Part shown: one piece after another, positions 13,096 to 26,872 of the stretch | How the letters are laid out: every line of letters starts with the position of its first letter | Position numbering within the stretch: the stretch's first letter is position 1 | Assembly (NCBI GenBank): GCA_963514005.1 | Contig: OY740807.1 | Span: 14,384,001-14,448,000, forward strand | Length of the DNA stretch: 64,000 nt | Direction: 5' to 3' | Origin: Raja brachyura | Lineage: Eukaryota | Notes under the pieces: model-generated | Told to the model about the DNA's origin: nothing | Databases searched by the model: none | What the model saw: only the letters and a program-made list of their open reading frames with translations | Made by a program: the position numbers and the translations under genes

Positions 13096-15486
13096 CCTTA
13101 CTTGTAAGTTATCAATTGCTTGTAAACTCAGCCACAGCAGACCTAACCTTTATAAAAATAAATAAGGTAACATTGGTTAGAATATCCTGCTCTTAAACCT
13201 CCCGGAATAGCATCAACCTGGGGCAGTGTTCTTGTGCGTTCTATATTGGTGCTGGGACTTAAACTCGAGATTAATGAGGAGAAGTATCTGGAGAAGCTGA
13301 AGAGAGCGTGTGTGTAACCGGCACAGAAGAGAAGAGAATTTGAGGCCTGGAGGAAGTCAGCCCTGGCGGGGTGGTTTTGAGGGGCCAAGTGGCCTATTCC
13401 TGCTCTACTAAATGTGTTTGTAAATTAAACAATTAGGTGCCACTGTGCCGCATTCAAATATTCCACAACGTTATTGTGTTTTTTAAAAAACTTTCAGGAC
13501 TCCAATCCCAGAGCCAATGATTCCAGGTATTCTTATTTCTGGACAGAGCCTCTGTAATTCTTTGTGTAATTTTATGCCCAAGACTGATCAACTTAACATA
13601 TGCGAATGGTAGTATCATTGATTTCCAATCCCAGGTCATCCCTGTGGGAATCTTCCTTCACAAACACCTGCTGAGATAAATGAGTGTTTGGTCACCAGCA
13701 CGAAACACACACGATAATATCAGGTACCATTATGCTGCTCTTCACTTCCTTGACTTCAGTGGAACCAAATATGCCAAAGTGAATCCTGGGATATCTTTGC
13801 GCCCATTTAATACTGGCAACCTGGAATCTCAGCACCCGGTTGCAGGAGCTTCCTGACCTGTAATCATTAAAGGGAGATTCTACCCTGTTATCAAATGGAC
13901 AGCTGCTCGGTAGAATTCACAAACTCAGGTAAAGCTGTTACTTTATGCTAGATCTCTTTTGTTAAATTACTGTTAACTCCATAGATCCACAGAGGAAAGT
14001 TATGCAACGAGTAAGACATTAAAGTCTTAAAATCATCATGTTGACTTCCCTCTATGGCCATACCAACTTCTTCACTGTGATTTAATAATGAGGATTGGAG
14101 GATTTAATTTATTTCAGAGGTTGTAGAGGAGAAGGGATATAGAAATGATGGAGGTATTTGAACATAGGAATGAGAGTTTTAATTGCAAATATTAATACCC
14201 AGTTAAAATGTGCATTGCATTTCACTGTGGCTTGAATGTGCAGGAGGACTTTGTTGGCAATGTCAAATGAGTATGAGGCACGTTTGACATCACCTCGTGT
14301 GCTTAGAGCCCACTGTGCAAACACGGAAGTACTAACAATAATTTTGGACCCTGGTCTTCTGTCCTGACTTGCAGATAGCCCTGAGGCATCTTTGCCATGG
14401 CTGCTTCTTTGTTTTAGTCCAGCTGATGGTGTTATCCTGACTGCCGCTCCACAAAGGGTTAAAACAATGTTCTTGCGCAAAGCAGAACTTGAGGTGGTGG
14501 GAGAGAGATGGCGGACGGGGTCGAGAGGGGTAGTCTAGGGAGATGGTGGGGGATGGTCTTGGTGCTGGTGCTGTGGGATTGCTCAATGTGGTCAGTAATG
14601 AATTTTATGTTACATTAAAGCCACATAAATGGTCGGCCCAGCACAGACAACAAGTGGCCAGGCACCAGGGGCTAATCTAATGATGTAAAAATAGAGACAG
14701 TACCAATTATATGGCAGCCCATACCACACTGCTGCAGGGACTCCCAATGAATAGCTACAAATCAAATTACAGGCTAATAGACGCACTACAAGAGGGGGCA
14801 GTCAATGCTAACTGCATTACTGCCTTGTGACCTTTCTGCTCTGAGCTGCACGGTCCAGACTCAGACTTGCACCCTCTGGAATATGAAAGAGCCTGTTGTT
14901 AGGAAAAGCAGTGGAACAAGGCAGTGTCCCTAAATGAGTTAAACACTAAGCTGTCAAAGTTTCCCTTTGTTTATGTGTCACTCTCTTGCTACCCAGCACA
15001 ACCCCTCCATCGAAAGCACGACAATGGTAAACACATCGAACCTTTGGCTATTTTGTTTGCCCACAGCTCTATGGCCCTGGGAACTCTCTGCTCCTCTGTA
15101 GCCTCTTGAACGTCTCTGAGATCCAGCACCTCATCACTGGATGCCATGGCTTCTGCTACCAAGGCCTGGAATTCCCTCCTTGCGCCACCCAACCTCTTTA
15201 CCTTCCTCTCATCATTTAATCTCTTCCACTTAGGCTGATTCAGCAACAAGTTTTGTGGGCTTTGAGATAGCTAGTGAGTGCTATATAGGATTACAGACTC
15301 TACCACAGGTGGTGGTGGGTGATATTCCACTAGGCAATGGATGTGCTGTTTGCTCCTTTCCTTTGTTTACACTTGGGCCTTGCATGAGGATGTTATATAT
15401 TTTAAAGGAGATTTTGAGAATCTCCTCTTTCCTCCTGGAAATCTCTTTTCATGACAAGGCCAAACGTGCTTGTTTCAGTAAAATGG

Positions 15487-16060
15487 GGACGCAAGAGACT
15501 GCAGATGATGGAATAGTGAGCAAAACACAAAGTGCTGGAGGAACTCAGCGGGTCAGGAAGCATCTGTGGTGGGAATGGACAGGCGATGTTTCAGTTTGCG
15601 ACCCTTCTTCAGACTGGGTGGAAGAGGTTGGAGAAAGCTGATAAAAGGAGGCGGGGGTGGGACAATTCCTGGCAAGTGATTGGTGAATACCACCATTCAT
15701 CTCCCCCCCACATCAGTTCCCCTGCTCCATCCCCCTCCTTTATGCACTCATCTCCCATCCCCAAGTCCCCCATTTCCATTTCCCCCTCCTTTTCCCTTCC
15801 CATTATCCCCTTGCATACACGTCCTTTCCTCCAGCTTTACATTTCACTCCTCCTCTCCTCATCTGACACCCTTCTGTCTCCTTTTCACCTCTAGACTTTG
15901 TCACTTACTTCACCCATCTGCCAATTAAACCCCTCTCACCAGTGCAGCTATCACTTGTCAAGTTTTTTCCAGCTTTCTTCCCAATTCCAATCAGTCTGAA
16001 GAGTCCCAACCCAAAACTTCATGACTCCATTGCTGCTTGACCCCACTGCGTTCCTCCAGT
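15487..16060. mobile_element. Penelope-like pseudo-LTR in inverted (fold-back) arrangement
   Basis: Minus-oriented unit ~15487-15690, then a pyrimidine-rich plus-oriented pLTR ending atcagtctgaagagtcccaaccc…. Confidence 0.7.
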
Positions 16061-16074
16061 ACGTCGTGCCCTAC

Positions 16075-16480
16075 TTGTTCCGGAAGCCTAATGCCGGGCA
16101 TGTGGCCAATGTGCTCTGTACGCCAGAGCTGATTGAACATGATCAAAGCCTCCATGCCTGGGGTATCAGTTTAGGAGAGGATACTGACATTGGTTTGCCC
16201 ATTCTGCCAACAAATATGGAATATTTTCTCGAGACAGTGTTGGTGGCATTTTTGGGCACCTGTTATAGGATGCCCTTGTCTCCAAACCACTGATCATTGC
16301 TGCACCCTGAGATCAAGAGCTCAGCTTAAGGTTCAAGGTCTTGGTCTGTCACTCAGTCTGCCAGAATGTGCTGGCTCGATGTGGGCAGTGGTGGATTTTG
16401 TCATGAATTTTTGTCTTTGCTGAGAGGTGGCTCCCGGCAGACAGAAAGTGATCCACACGTTTCAGGATCTTGTTTATGGG
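16075..16480 (-). mobile_element. RTE-clade LINE fragment (RT C-terminal region, decayed)
   Basis: Minus strand: ILKRVDHFLSAGSHLSAKTKIHDKIHHC…RAS…; HQHCLEKIFHICWQNGQTNVSILS*TDTPGMEALIMFNQLWRTEHIGHMPGIRLPEQ. This matches the RTE pattern HQRCLRRIL.I.WQD…N.EVL…SIEA…QLRW.GH..RM…RLPKQ. Confidence 0.8.
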
Positions 16481-17939
16481 CCGTTTACTTCCATTCAGTG
16501 CAAGGCACATCCTCTCAGTACAAGAATCAAAAAATGGAGCTCATCCTCCTGGCGTGTGGAAGCGTTCTGTGTGAAGTGTAACTCCGTGATGGTTTGGTTT
16601 TGGTTTGGTTTATTATATTCTCACGTGTACCGAGATATACGTTGTTTTGCATGCTATCCAGGTAAATCGTACCATGCGTGAGTGAAGGAATCCCTGCGAG
16701 CCACACGTGGCACCCACCTGGGGAACAAGTGGAGGGAGAGGGACAAACGGTTCGCCAGACGATCGGGATGGATGCGTCGGCTGCAACGGGCCTTTGTGGC
16801 CGGCTGCAGATGGAACTGTAAAATGGTGCCTAAATGGAGCCTTTTGCATATAATCTCAGTGGGATGTTCTGTACATTCTGGATTAACCGGGGGATTGTGC
16901 TTATTGTTGCTGAGCTGCATGCTTAAAACATGTTTCACTGTACCCTGGTACACCTGATAATGGAAAAGAGAAAATAAACAGCTTGCCGGATGGAGTAATC
17001 TTAGTTCTGGAGTGTAGACTCACCTGCCTCTTTGGCCAAGCTACTGGTCATCTGTCCTGGCATCTTTCCGGCTACCTTCAAATCACATTCCTTTGAATAT
17101 TTGATGTGTTAAAAGCACTATATAAACTTGATTTGTTATTGTTCTTTGGAAGTTTCAGAGAAGCTGATATTTCCTCTAAGCTACCCCCATGACTCACTCC
17201 CACCCAGCACTAAGTCATGGGGCTGAGAAGCCAGCAATGAAATGCAGATAAGGCACTTGAACCGGAAGGGCAACAGGGAAACAAGGCTTTGAAGTGCTGC
17301 TCCAGACACTGTGGGCTTGGCTCTGACCTTCCTTCCATGGACAGCCAATTTGCTGGCACTCACACCCAGACTAGGCTGAGTTGCCACAAGGTGGAATTCC
17401 AGCCTCCTGTACTCACTGGCTAACGGAGAAGAGGAAAGTGAGATGAGAGTCCCTGAAGTATCAATGTCTGGCCATTCAATTGAGGTGCTATTTCTCCCTA
17501 CAGATGGGTTACTATTTACGACGCTCCAGGATTATCCAGGAAGCTTCCAGGCATCAAGTACTGAGTTCCAACACACTCTCACAATCATCAACCAGCAGAA
17601 TAACCAATGGAGATGTTACTTTGAACACTTTTCCTCACCAATTCTAAAACTACTGACTGAGAGCCACTTATCATATCTTTGGGTAACAGTCTGCGGATGT
17701 GAGCATGGATAGGTTGAGCGACAGAGAATAGGTTCAGGGCATTTGGAAGCAGATGAAATCTCTGGGTCTATATCAGTTTGCAGGTACAATTGCAGCAGTG
17801 GGAACCCAGTCATAGTTTTGATGACAGCAGTTTGTTGAAAAGGGCAGGGTGAGAAATTGGCTAACCACTTCACTGGTTGACTCAACAGCTATTCTGGCTA
17901 AGGCTATGGAGCGAGACACACAGAAGTAAACATGAGGCA

Positions 17940-18410
17940 GAATAAATGTGTAATTACAAGAAATGATGTGGAGGCTTTGGGGAGGTTTACCAGAATGCTG
18001 TCTGGGTTAGAGGGTATTGGCTACAAGGCAAGATTGGGACAAGCTTGGATTTTTTTCTCTGGAATGCCGGAGGGTGAGGAGAGACTTGATGGAAGTGTAT
18101 GAAATGATGAGAGGCATAAATAGGATAGAAGGTGGGAAGGGGGAGAGTTTAAAGGAGATGTGAGGGGCAAGTTATACAGATGGTGGTGGTTGCCAGGAAT
18201 GTGCTACCAGGGTTGGTGCTTGAGGCAGGTACTATAGTGGCATTTGAGAGGCTTTTAGATGGGCACACTAATTTGTAGGGAATGGAGGGTTATGGATCAC
18301 ATGCAGGCAGAGGAGATTAGTTTAACTCATGTAGATTAGTTTAACTAATTAGTTTAAACCAACATTGTTGGTTGAAAGGCGTTTTCCTGTGCTGTAATGT
18401 TCTATGTTAA
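17940..18410 (+). mobile_element. CR1 LINE 3' end
   Basis: YKKxCGGF…FTRMLSGLEG…RGDLMEVYEMMRGI-like frames; tail ctgtgctgtaatgttctatgtt. Confidence 0.85.
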
Positions 18411-19101
18411 TTGGAACTGAATATCACCTGCACATGACCCCAGCCACAGATCAAGCTGCACTAAGGGTTCTGTTCTGAATGTGTCAAATAAGGTGGCCGT
18501 GCGCTGACCATGCCGTTTGTGGGGGAAGGGATGTTGTGCAGGGTCAGAGAGTCGCATGATAAGATACAGCCGGCCTGCCCCGGCCTATCTCTGCAGTTCT
18601 TACACTAAAAATGGATTAATGGATGTCAGACTGCAAGCATGTCAGCACATTCTTGAGTGTTTTTCATGAAGTTATTATTTGTCAGGAATCTAATGGGCTG
18701 AATACCTCCTTCACTGGGAACAGTAAACAACCTGTGAGCCAATGAGCCAGATCAGCCTCAATTTTTACTTCCTGCCCCCATCTTCCATATCCTCTGCTCC
18801 CCCACCCAAAATTCCAATATTTAACTGGCAGCATAGGTTGACTGTGGGTCGGTGCGGGCAAGTTGGGCTGAAGGGCCTGTTTCCACACTGTATGACTCCA
18901 AGACTGTCAGAAATCTACTCAACCCAGTAAGTATGAATACTCAGTGCCAGGAGTTCCACTGAAGGCTGCTGGGTTTCTTTGGGATGTAAGGCAGAACATC
19001 AGAAGGTTGAGCTAGAAGGTCAAAGTGGCTAACTTCACACCCAGACAGAAGGGCAAGGGTAGGACCATTGGGAGTGGGATCAAAGTCTCGGTTTGATGGA
19101 A

Positions 19102-19255
19102 ACACGAGGAACACCAGATGCTGGAATCTTGAGCAAAACACAACGAAGGGTCTGAAGTCTGAAAGAAGAGTCCCGACCCAAAACATCTTTTATCCATTCC
19201 CACAGATCCTGTCCTGACCTGCTGAGTTCCTCCGCCATTTTATGTTTTGCTCAAG
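19102..19255. mobile_element. Fold-back Penelope-derived short element
   Basis: acacgaggaacaccagatgctggaatcttgagc then gtctgaaagaagagtcccgacccaaaacatc…gctcaag. Confidence 0.65.
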
Positions 19256-20509
19256 GCTTTGATGGTGGCTTTGCTCTGAATAAAGAAATGTCAGTAATGT
19301 GACAGCCTCAATGCTGAGGCACGGTAAGGTGCAGCCACTTCTGTAATTGGTCCGCTTTGGAGAACTTTCTGTGAAGTTTGCTCTTCAATGATGATCCAAT
19401 CCAATGGCATCTACTAGGACCACCCAATCCAGTAACTGCGTCATATGGACTTATTCTAACTGTGAATGTCTCAGGTCTTGAGGTTGTCACAGCATGAGGG
19501 GGGGAGGGGAGGGCTGTTGCAACCTGAAGCAAATACTGGAGTCAGGCCACACATCAAAGTGCGTACATCGGATGTGCTCAAACCAGATCAGCTCAAAGTG
19601 ACCGTGTTACAACTTGAGAGCAGAGGGAATTTCTCTGCTGCATTTCACCAGGCTCTGCCGGGCTATTTGATGTGTGCTGGTTTCCAACCTATGGCACACC
19701 TCAACTGGGCTCTTTTATAAGCGGTCTAATTGGCAAGACGCTGAGTGTCCCTGGATGCAAGTTGCACAATCAGGGCATAATTTCAGCCCACAGCACTCAG
19801 AGGGAAATAGACTAAATCAGGGTGCATGTGATACAGCACCTCCAGTGACCCACTTCAATTCTGACCGTGGATACTGCCTGTGCAAAGTTTACAAGCACTC
19901 CTTATGGGCTTTCCCAGTGTGCCCCAGTTCCTTGCCATATCCAGAAGATGTGCAGGCTGTTCAGTTCATTGGCCACTGTAAATTGACTTGCATGCAGATG
20001 GATGGTAGGTAGATCAGTGGCAGGTGTTAATGGGCATATGCCAGACAATAGACTGCAGGGAAATATAGGAGGGAGGGGATTGATGGGATTGTTAACACAA
20101 ATAATGGGCTGAAGGATCTCCTTCTGTGTTGTAGGTAAATATGAAACGTTGTCATCAGTTTTGGCACCTGTTTAGCAAGTTGACCAATGGGTCATGGGGA
20201 TAATGTCTGGTCTGGTTAGGTTATCATAAACTCAGATACGGCTGAAACCTCAGATAATTTAGTGCTTGTGCCTTGAAAATGTAAGGATAGATTTTTTTGC
20301 ACAGTGGCTCGTGAAGATGACCAAAGTGTCTTGAAAACTAATAAAGGGAATGGGAATACATTTTTTATTTAAGTTTTTAAATGCCAATTTTAAGACTTCT
20401 GAAACCTACCGATATTGATAGGAGATTGCTTTTATTGTAGGGTGGTCATGATTCGTTGTCCAGGTAAGAGTCTCTCCAAGTTGTTATCTCAGTTTCTCTA
20501 CAAGGTTTA

Positions 20510-20848
<339 letters not shown>

Positions 20849-22289
20849 TTATTCAGTGGCCCATTTACGAGTAGACAATGGGACATTGCATGTGATAGGT
20901 GCGGTACAGTTTGGAGGTAAATCTTTTGCATGTTTGGTGTCTAAAGAGCTCTGTTGTTGGGTGACCTGTGCCTAGGTGTGCTGTGGACGCGCTGATAGAG
21001 ATGGACTGCTGGTGGACACCAATTTAGAGGGATCTTGCTCAATTCCATACCACACATTAGAGTGTATGGCATGAGTTTATCTACCCTTTGGACAGTCGCT
21101 GAATCTAAATGTATGGTGTCATGAGTGGACAGGCAAACATGATGCTTCCAAAGGGGTCAATTTATAATCCCAGATTGGTTTCACCCCTCCTATAAACCCC
21201 CCCCCCCCCCCGGTAGGTTAATTCCAATTTTCATCAAGGTTCAGACAGCAGTGGAGGAACTCTGATTGGAATTCCTCTCCTTGTATAGTGCAGTGTCCTG
21301 TTCACATGCTTCCTTCTGCAGCCCTGAGGGAAAAGGGCAGCACTGGGTTGTGGTTGTGCCCAAGAATTGCCTGGTCAGGACGGTGATCAATGAATGAACA
21401 GAGCATTAGTCAACCGAACTAGCGGCCTTCTGGTTGCAGAAGAGTAAGGAACTAGTAGATGATTACATATACCATGAAGCATCGTATAATCACGCAACGC
21501 TGGAAGCCATGTGCCAGCCCTTTGAAAGATCTATTCTGTGTTCCTTGTATTACAAGATGACTCCTGTATCTTGGCATTGTCCTGTGTTATTTTCCTATTC
21601 GCTTACTTTCTTTGGACAGTTACAATTGAATCTGCTAACACCACTCTCTCTAATGCCATGTTCCAGATCATTTAATTCACAATGAACCATCATTCGTTTA
21701 CTTTGTTCCAGTAACTCTAAATCTGCCTTCTCTGCCCCAGTCTCCTTCCATTAGAAACAATATCTCCTTATTTATCTTATCAAAACTTTCATGATATTTG
21801 AATACTTCTAATAATTCTCTCCTTAACCTTCTCGGCTTGGAGAACAAAGCTGTCAACTGTTTGTCATGCGAGATTATTCCTGACTGCATTGATCCAGTTT
21901 TTCTAGCTGCACTGTTTGCCCTGTGCAGGAAGTGTGCGTGTGCAGCGATAAAGCTGGGAGATGATTAAGTGCTCAGTGTTCTAAGGATAGAGTTCTTGGC
22001 TGTCACAGCCCTTGAGTGAGGCTGTGCAGTCTCACAACACACTGATGGCTACTGACAGATGCTAAGAGTCAGGGCAGACTGGGGTGGACGAGGGTGTGGG
22101 TGCCGCAGGAGGGTGAGCCCATCTTGAGGACTCTGACCCGTAAGAGCACGATGCCAACGCGACGGGCGAACCCTTAGGGCACTGACTCTGTGACCTGTTG
22201 GCAAAGTGGTTCGGATTTGACATGCTGCTTTAATGACAGGATGAAGGGGGAACTAACTGGGATCTGGCCTCCATGGCCACCTGCCGACA

Positions 22290-22560
22290 TTGCAGTACAC
22301 AGCACATGGCGCAGAACAGCGCAGGAACTGGGCTCTTCAGCTGTCCGTATCAGGCATGAAGTCAAGTTAAACGATTCTTCCTCTGCCTGCAGATGATCCA
22401 TATCCCTCCATTCCTTGCATATCCATGTGCCTATTTAAAGCCTCTTAAATGCCTCTATTGTATCTTCTAAAAGCCTCTTAAATGTCTCTATCATATATTT
22501 TAAAAGCCTCTTTAATTACGCCATTGTATCTTCTAAATGTCTTGTAAATCACCCAATCAT
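22290..22560 (-). repeat. CR1 tail fragment ending in ~4 degenerate tandem copies of a ~33-bp unit
   Basis: aaagcctcttaaatgcctctattgtatcttcta repeated from ~22437. Confidence 0.7.
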
Positions 22561-23784
22561 ATCTAACTCCAAGTAAAAGTCTGTCGTGCAAGGCTGTGGG
22601 GAGCAAGCAAGTGTGATTTAGTTGGGAGAAAGTGATGGTGTTTCATGTTGAACGGTGAACATCGTCCGCAGGTGGGAACCTAACTCTGATCTCAGGCACA
22701 GAGAAGTGTGCGTTAGCACCACAGAAATGGGGCAATGGAAGCAGATTTTTCCCAAAGCTGCAGCCAGAAACTTCCACCTATAGCTATCACATCTCCACTC
22801 CCTTGCTGGATAACACCTTTTGTGACTTAACAAAAAAAAGTAGTGCTCCCTCAGCACTGCATTGATCAACCGAGTTTCTCTGGTGAAATCTTTGAACAGG
22901 GACCTAAACTCAAAGCCGCTTGAGTTGTTATCCAATTGGCCCATTACAGACCAGTCCTATTTGCCAGAGAGGTAGTGCATGCAGACCCTGAGCCCCAGGT
23001 TCAAAGCAGAGGCTGCTCTGTGTAACACTGTTGTCACTGCCTATTATGCACAAAACACAAGCACCAAGATCACTCACAGAAAAAGAGGTGCATGCAGGGA
23101 TGAGGTACAAAACTCAGACACTTATGGTTTTCTCTGCTTGCCCATACACCTTGACAGAATCACACACAAAGTGCACATGCATACAAGTGCACATATCCAG
23201 TGAGCCACTTGGACATTCAATTGATTTCAGACCCACACTTTAATGAGATTTTCCTAGTGCTATTTTTATTCTGTCTTGTCTCTCCACCTGCCAGAGTCAC
23301 TGCAGGTTCAGACTCCAACCTCCACATGACCTGATGTTTCACCAGTGAGGAATTACTTTGAATGGCTTGCTTTCCTCTCACATTCCATTGAGGAACAGAG
23401 GCTCCCTGTGGAGTTGAGAGCAAAAGGGGAAAGAGTGCCAGTGTAATCCCCCTCTAATTATAAAAGCAGACATAGAACATATAACCTAGTACAGCACAGG
23501 AAAAGGCTCTTTGGCCCACAATGTCTGTACCGAACATGATGCCAGGTTAAACCAATTTCCTCTGCCTACGTGTCATCTATGTCCCTCTCTACAAATCCAC
23601 ATGCCTATCTAAAAGCTTCTTAAATGCCCTCTTGTTTCTCCATCTACCCCATCTACAACAGGGCCTACGCTTCAAAGATATATTTAATTAACTGTAAAAT
23701 GCTATGAAAAATGCTGAGGCAGTTTAAGGGGTTAACAAAGTTGCGGCTCCTTTTCTTCATCAGTGATCTCTCACTGGTTGTGAT

Positions 23785-23957
23785 TAGAAACATAGAAACA
23801 TAGAAAATAGGTGCAGCAAGAGGCCATTCGGCCCTTCGAGCCAGCACCGCCATTCATTGTGATCATGGCTGATTGTCCCTTATCAATAACCCGTGCCTGC
23901 CTTCTCCCCATATCTTTTGATTCCACTAGCCCCAGAGCGCTATCTAACCCTCTCTTA
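23785..23957 (-). mobile_element. Young CR1 3' end with (CATAGAAA)n tail
   Basis: agaaacatagaaacatagaaaataggtgcag…ggccattcggcccttcgagccagcaccgccattc; near-identical to the 61066 region. Confidence 0.9.
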
Positions 23958-26139
23958 GTTCCTTGAGTTTAGTTTATTTTAGCTTAGGGATACAGCGTGG
24001 AAGCAGGTGTGCATCAACTATAGGCCTGTGCTGGCCACACAATTGATACACAGCTCCTACACTGGGTCTCTGCTTGCTGCCGAGGTTCATATTCAGCTTC
24101 TGACATTAGACCATGGTATCTCTGCGCCTTCTCAACCCTTACTTTAATTAGGTTGAGAATCAACAGGGAATTTGCACAAAGCACTGCCAGAGTCCAAACT
24201 TGGGTTGTCAATTCTCCAGGACGGTCTGATTGCTTGTAATTTATTTTGTTTATCTCACAAAAATATTGGAGATGAGGCAGAAAGGTTGTTCAACTGGTAA
24301 TCAGGGCTATAAATATTCAGCAACGTACCATTTGCCAGTGTTCTTTCAACGCTTAAAGGATAAGGGCAGCTGGCATGCAATTAGTTGCACGTTTCCCTCA
24401 TATGGACACAAACCACACTGACTTCAAAGTATGTTGTTATTCCCTCATTCTGGGCCAAACCCTTGGAATTTCTGAACCAATGTTACTGTAGAATTATTTT
24501 CACCACATAGATTCCAGCAAATCAAGAAGGTGACTCACCCCCATCTTCACAAGGGCAGTAAATCCTGGCCTTGCCAACCTCGTTGGCTGTGAGTAGAGGG
24601 GTCATGGTGTGGTGAAGGTGCCATACAGCTAATAGCAGAGCGGGTGCCAGGATACCGAAAGGTCTTATGATGATAGCTCGTGGAAATGATTGGACAGAGC
24701 TGTTTATCCCAGTATACCAATCATTCTTTAGCTTGAATTATGAGACAATACTAGCACTGTTAAAATGGCTACCTCGCCACCCAGGACGCCTGGAATCTCT
24801 CACCTCTAAAATCAAACCTGTGTCAGCGCAGGCATTTACCCTCAATCCCTTTGGTCAATTCCCTGCCTAACAGACTTTCCTTTGAATCCTCCGATAGAAT
24901 TAGCATGAAACATGCTCTGATGGATTTGAAAAATACAGCATGGAAACTCGGCCCACCGAGTCTATGCCGACCATCAGTCACCTGTTCACATTAGTTCATA
25001 AGGGCATACAGTAAGTGATAGGAGCAGAATTAGGCCAACTGGTCCACTCCGCCATTCAATCAGTTCTACGTTATCGCACTTTCACATCCACTCCCTACAT
25101 ACGAGGGGCAATTTATAGAGCCAATTAACATGCAAACCTGCAATCAACAAATTTATAGCACAGAAATGCACAAATATATTTCTCCATAACTTGGACACTT
25201 TCCTTTATAATTCATTGCGACTCAAGCCTGTCAATTTAACTAGAGTTGTTTTTCCTTTCTCCCCCTTTCTCCTGCAACTGGAGATCTGTATTTTCTCAAG
25301 AAAGCTAATCCTGTCTCGGTTTCCCTTTTAACAGTGTGAGTCCTCCTGCACAATGGCCTGTGGCCTTCTAGCAGCTTCTGCAAGGATGGCCAGGCTGCCT
25401 GAAGGTATCTCCTCAATTCAGGGGCAAGGTCCTGCCCTTGTCAGTTGTATTATACAGCAGACAATTGGTGTCTAAATGGGGCAGGCGATACTTGCAGGTG
25501 GGATGATAGAATGAAGAAATTATTAAACCTGACATGGCCCTGCCCAAGGCTTTAGACCTTTCTATGTCTCTTTCAGTTTCTAAACTGAGTCCTGGCATTA
25601 ATACAGTGAGCTTACTGCCCTCTCTGGAAAACCTAGGTGATAAATTACTGTATGGAGTTAAAGTCAGAGAGATTTTATGTGGAAACAGGCCCTTTGGCCT
25701 GATGTCAATAGTGGGCAAGTTGTTGGAGGGGATTACTAGGGTCAGGATCTGCCACTATTTGGATAGGCATGGACTGGTTAGGGATAATCAGCGTGGCCTT
25801 GTGCATGGGATATCATGACTTACAAATCTGATAGAATGAAAAAATTGTCCTGTTGTGTTAAAATCTTTCCCCTCTCACCTTAAACCTATGGCCTCTCGTT
25901 CTTGATTCCACTACATAGTACCCAGGGGCAAACCATGCAGTCACCGGGAGAATGTGCAAACTCCACAGAGAGAGCATCAGAGATCAGGATTGGACATAGG
26001 TCACTGGAGCTGTGAGGCTATAGTTCAGCAAACTGGGTCACTGTGCTGAGTATGCCAGACTATGGAGTCTCGGTATGGAATTGCTCAGTAGCTTTGGCTC
26101 CATCAGTGGCATTCTGATTCAGGAGGTCTAGGCGTTCAA

Positions 26140-26500
26140 GTATTTTCGAGATTAGAGGACAAAACGTTGCCTGATTTCTGAAGTGGAGCTCTAGGAATGC
26201 TGTACTGCCAGAGACGTTGTCTTTCAGGGTGGAGACACGGTCTGTTAACCAAAAAGATCTCACGGCACTATCCAGAGGGGTGTCCCTGTATTCCTGGCCA
26301 ACAATTTGGCCTTCACTGTAAGAGTCAATGGCTCATAATCTGGTGTTGTTTGTGAGATTTTGTTTGTGCACTAATTACATTCTGCATTCCTCACTGCAAT
26401 AACTGCAATGACCGTGCTTCATGATTATTTTTACATTTGTGAGGAGCTAAGGGATGTCCTGAGATGGTGCAAGGTCTTTTATTAACAAAGGGTCTTTCCC
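26140..26500 (+). mobile_element. SacSINE1/Deu-domain SINE
   Basis: aaaagatctcacggcactat…cctggccaacaattt…gttgtttgtgagattttg…gggatgtcctgagatggtgcaagg. Confidence 0.65.
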
Positions 26501-26554
26501 TTGCATTTTTTGAGCAGGTTGGTCCTACTTTCTGGAATTGGGACCAGCGGAATT

Positions 26555-26872
26555 GGTGGCGCTGCGGTAGGGCTGCTGCCTTACAACGCCAAGGAACTGG
26601 GTTCGATCCTGACCACGCACGCTGTCTGTACAGAGTTTGTACGTTCTCCTGTGACCTGCGTGGGCTTTCTCCGGGTGCTCCGGTTACGTCCCGCGCTCCA
26701 AAAGCGTACAGGTTTGTAGGTTAATTGGCTTTGGTAACATTGTAAATTGTTGTTAGTGTGTATAGGACAGATAGTGTAAGTGTGAGTATGCGGAACTCGC
26801 TGGTCGGCGTGGTCTTGGTGGGGCGAAGGGCCTGACTCTGTGCAGTATCTCTAAACTAAAAAACTAAAACTA
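26555..26872 (+). mobile_element. Near full-length HE1 V-SINE
   Basis: tRNA-like head (ggtggcgctgcggtag…gggttcgatcctgac, A/B boxes), V-domain, CR1-shared tail gaagggcctg…tatctctaaactaaa. Confidence 0.92.

Noticed and set aside
26555-26615. tRNA gene
   Set aside because: The tRNA-like A/B boxes are the head of an HE1 SINE; no complete cloverleaf.
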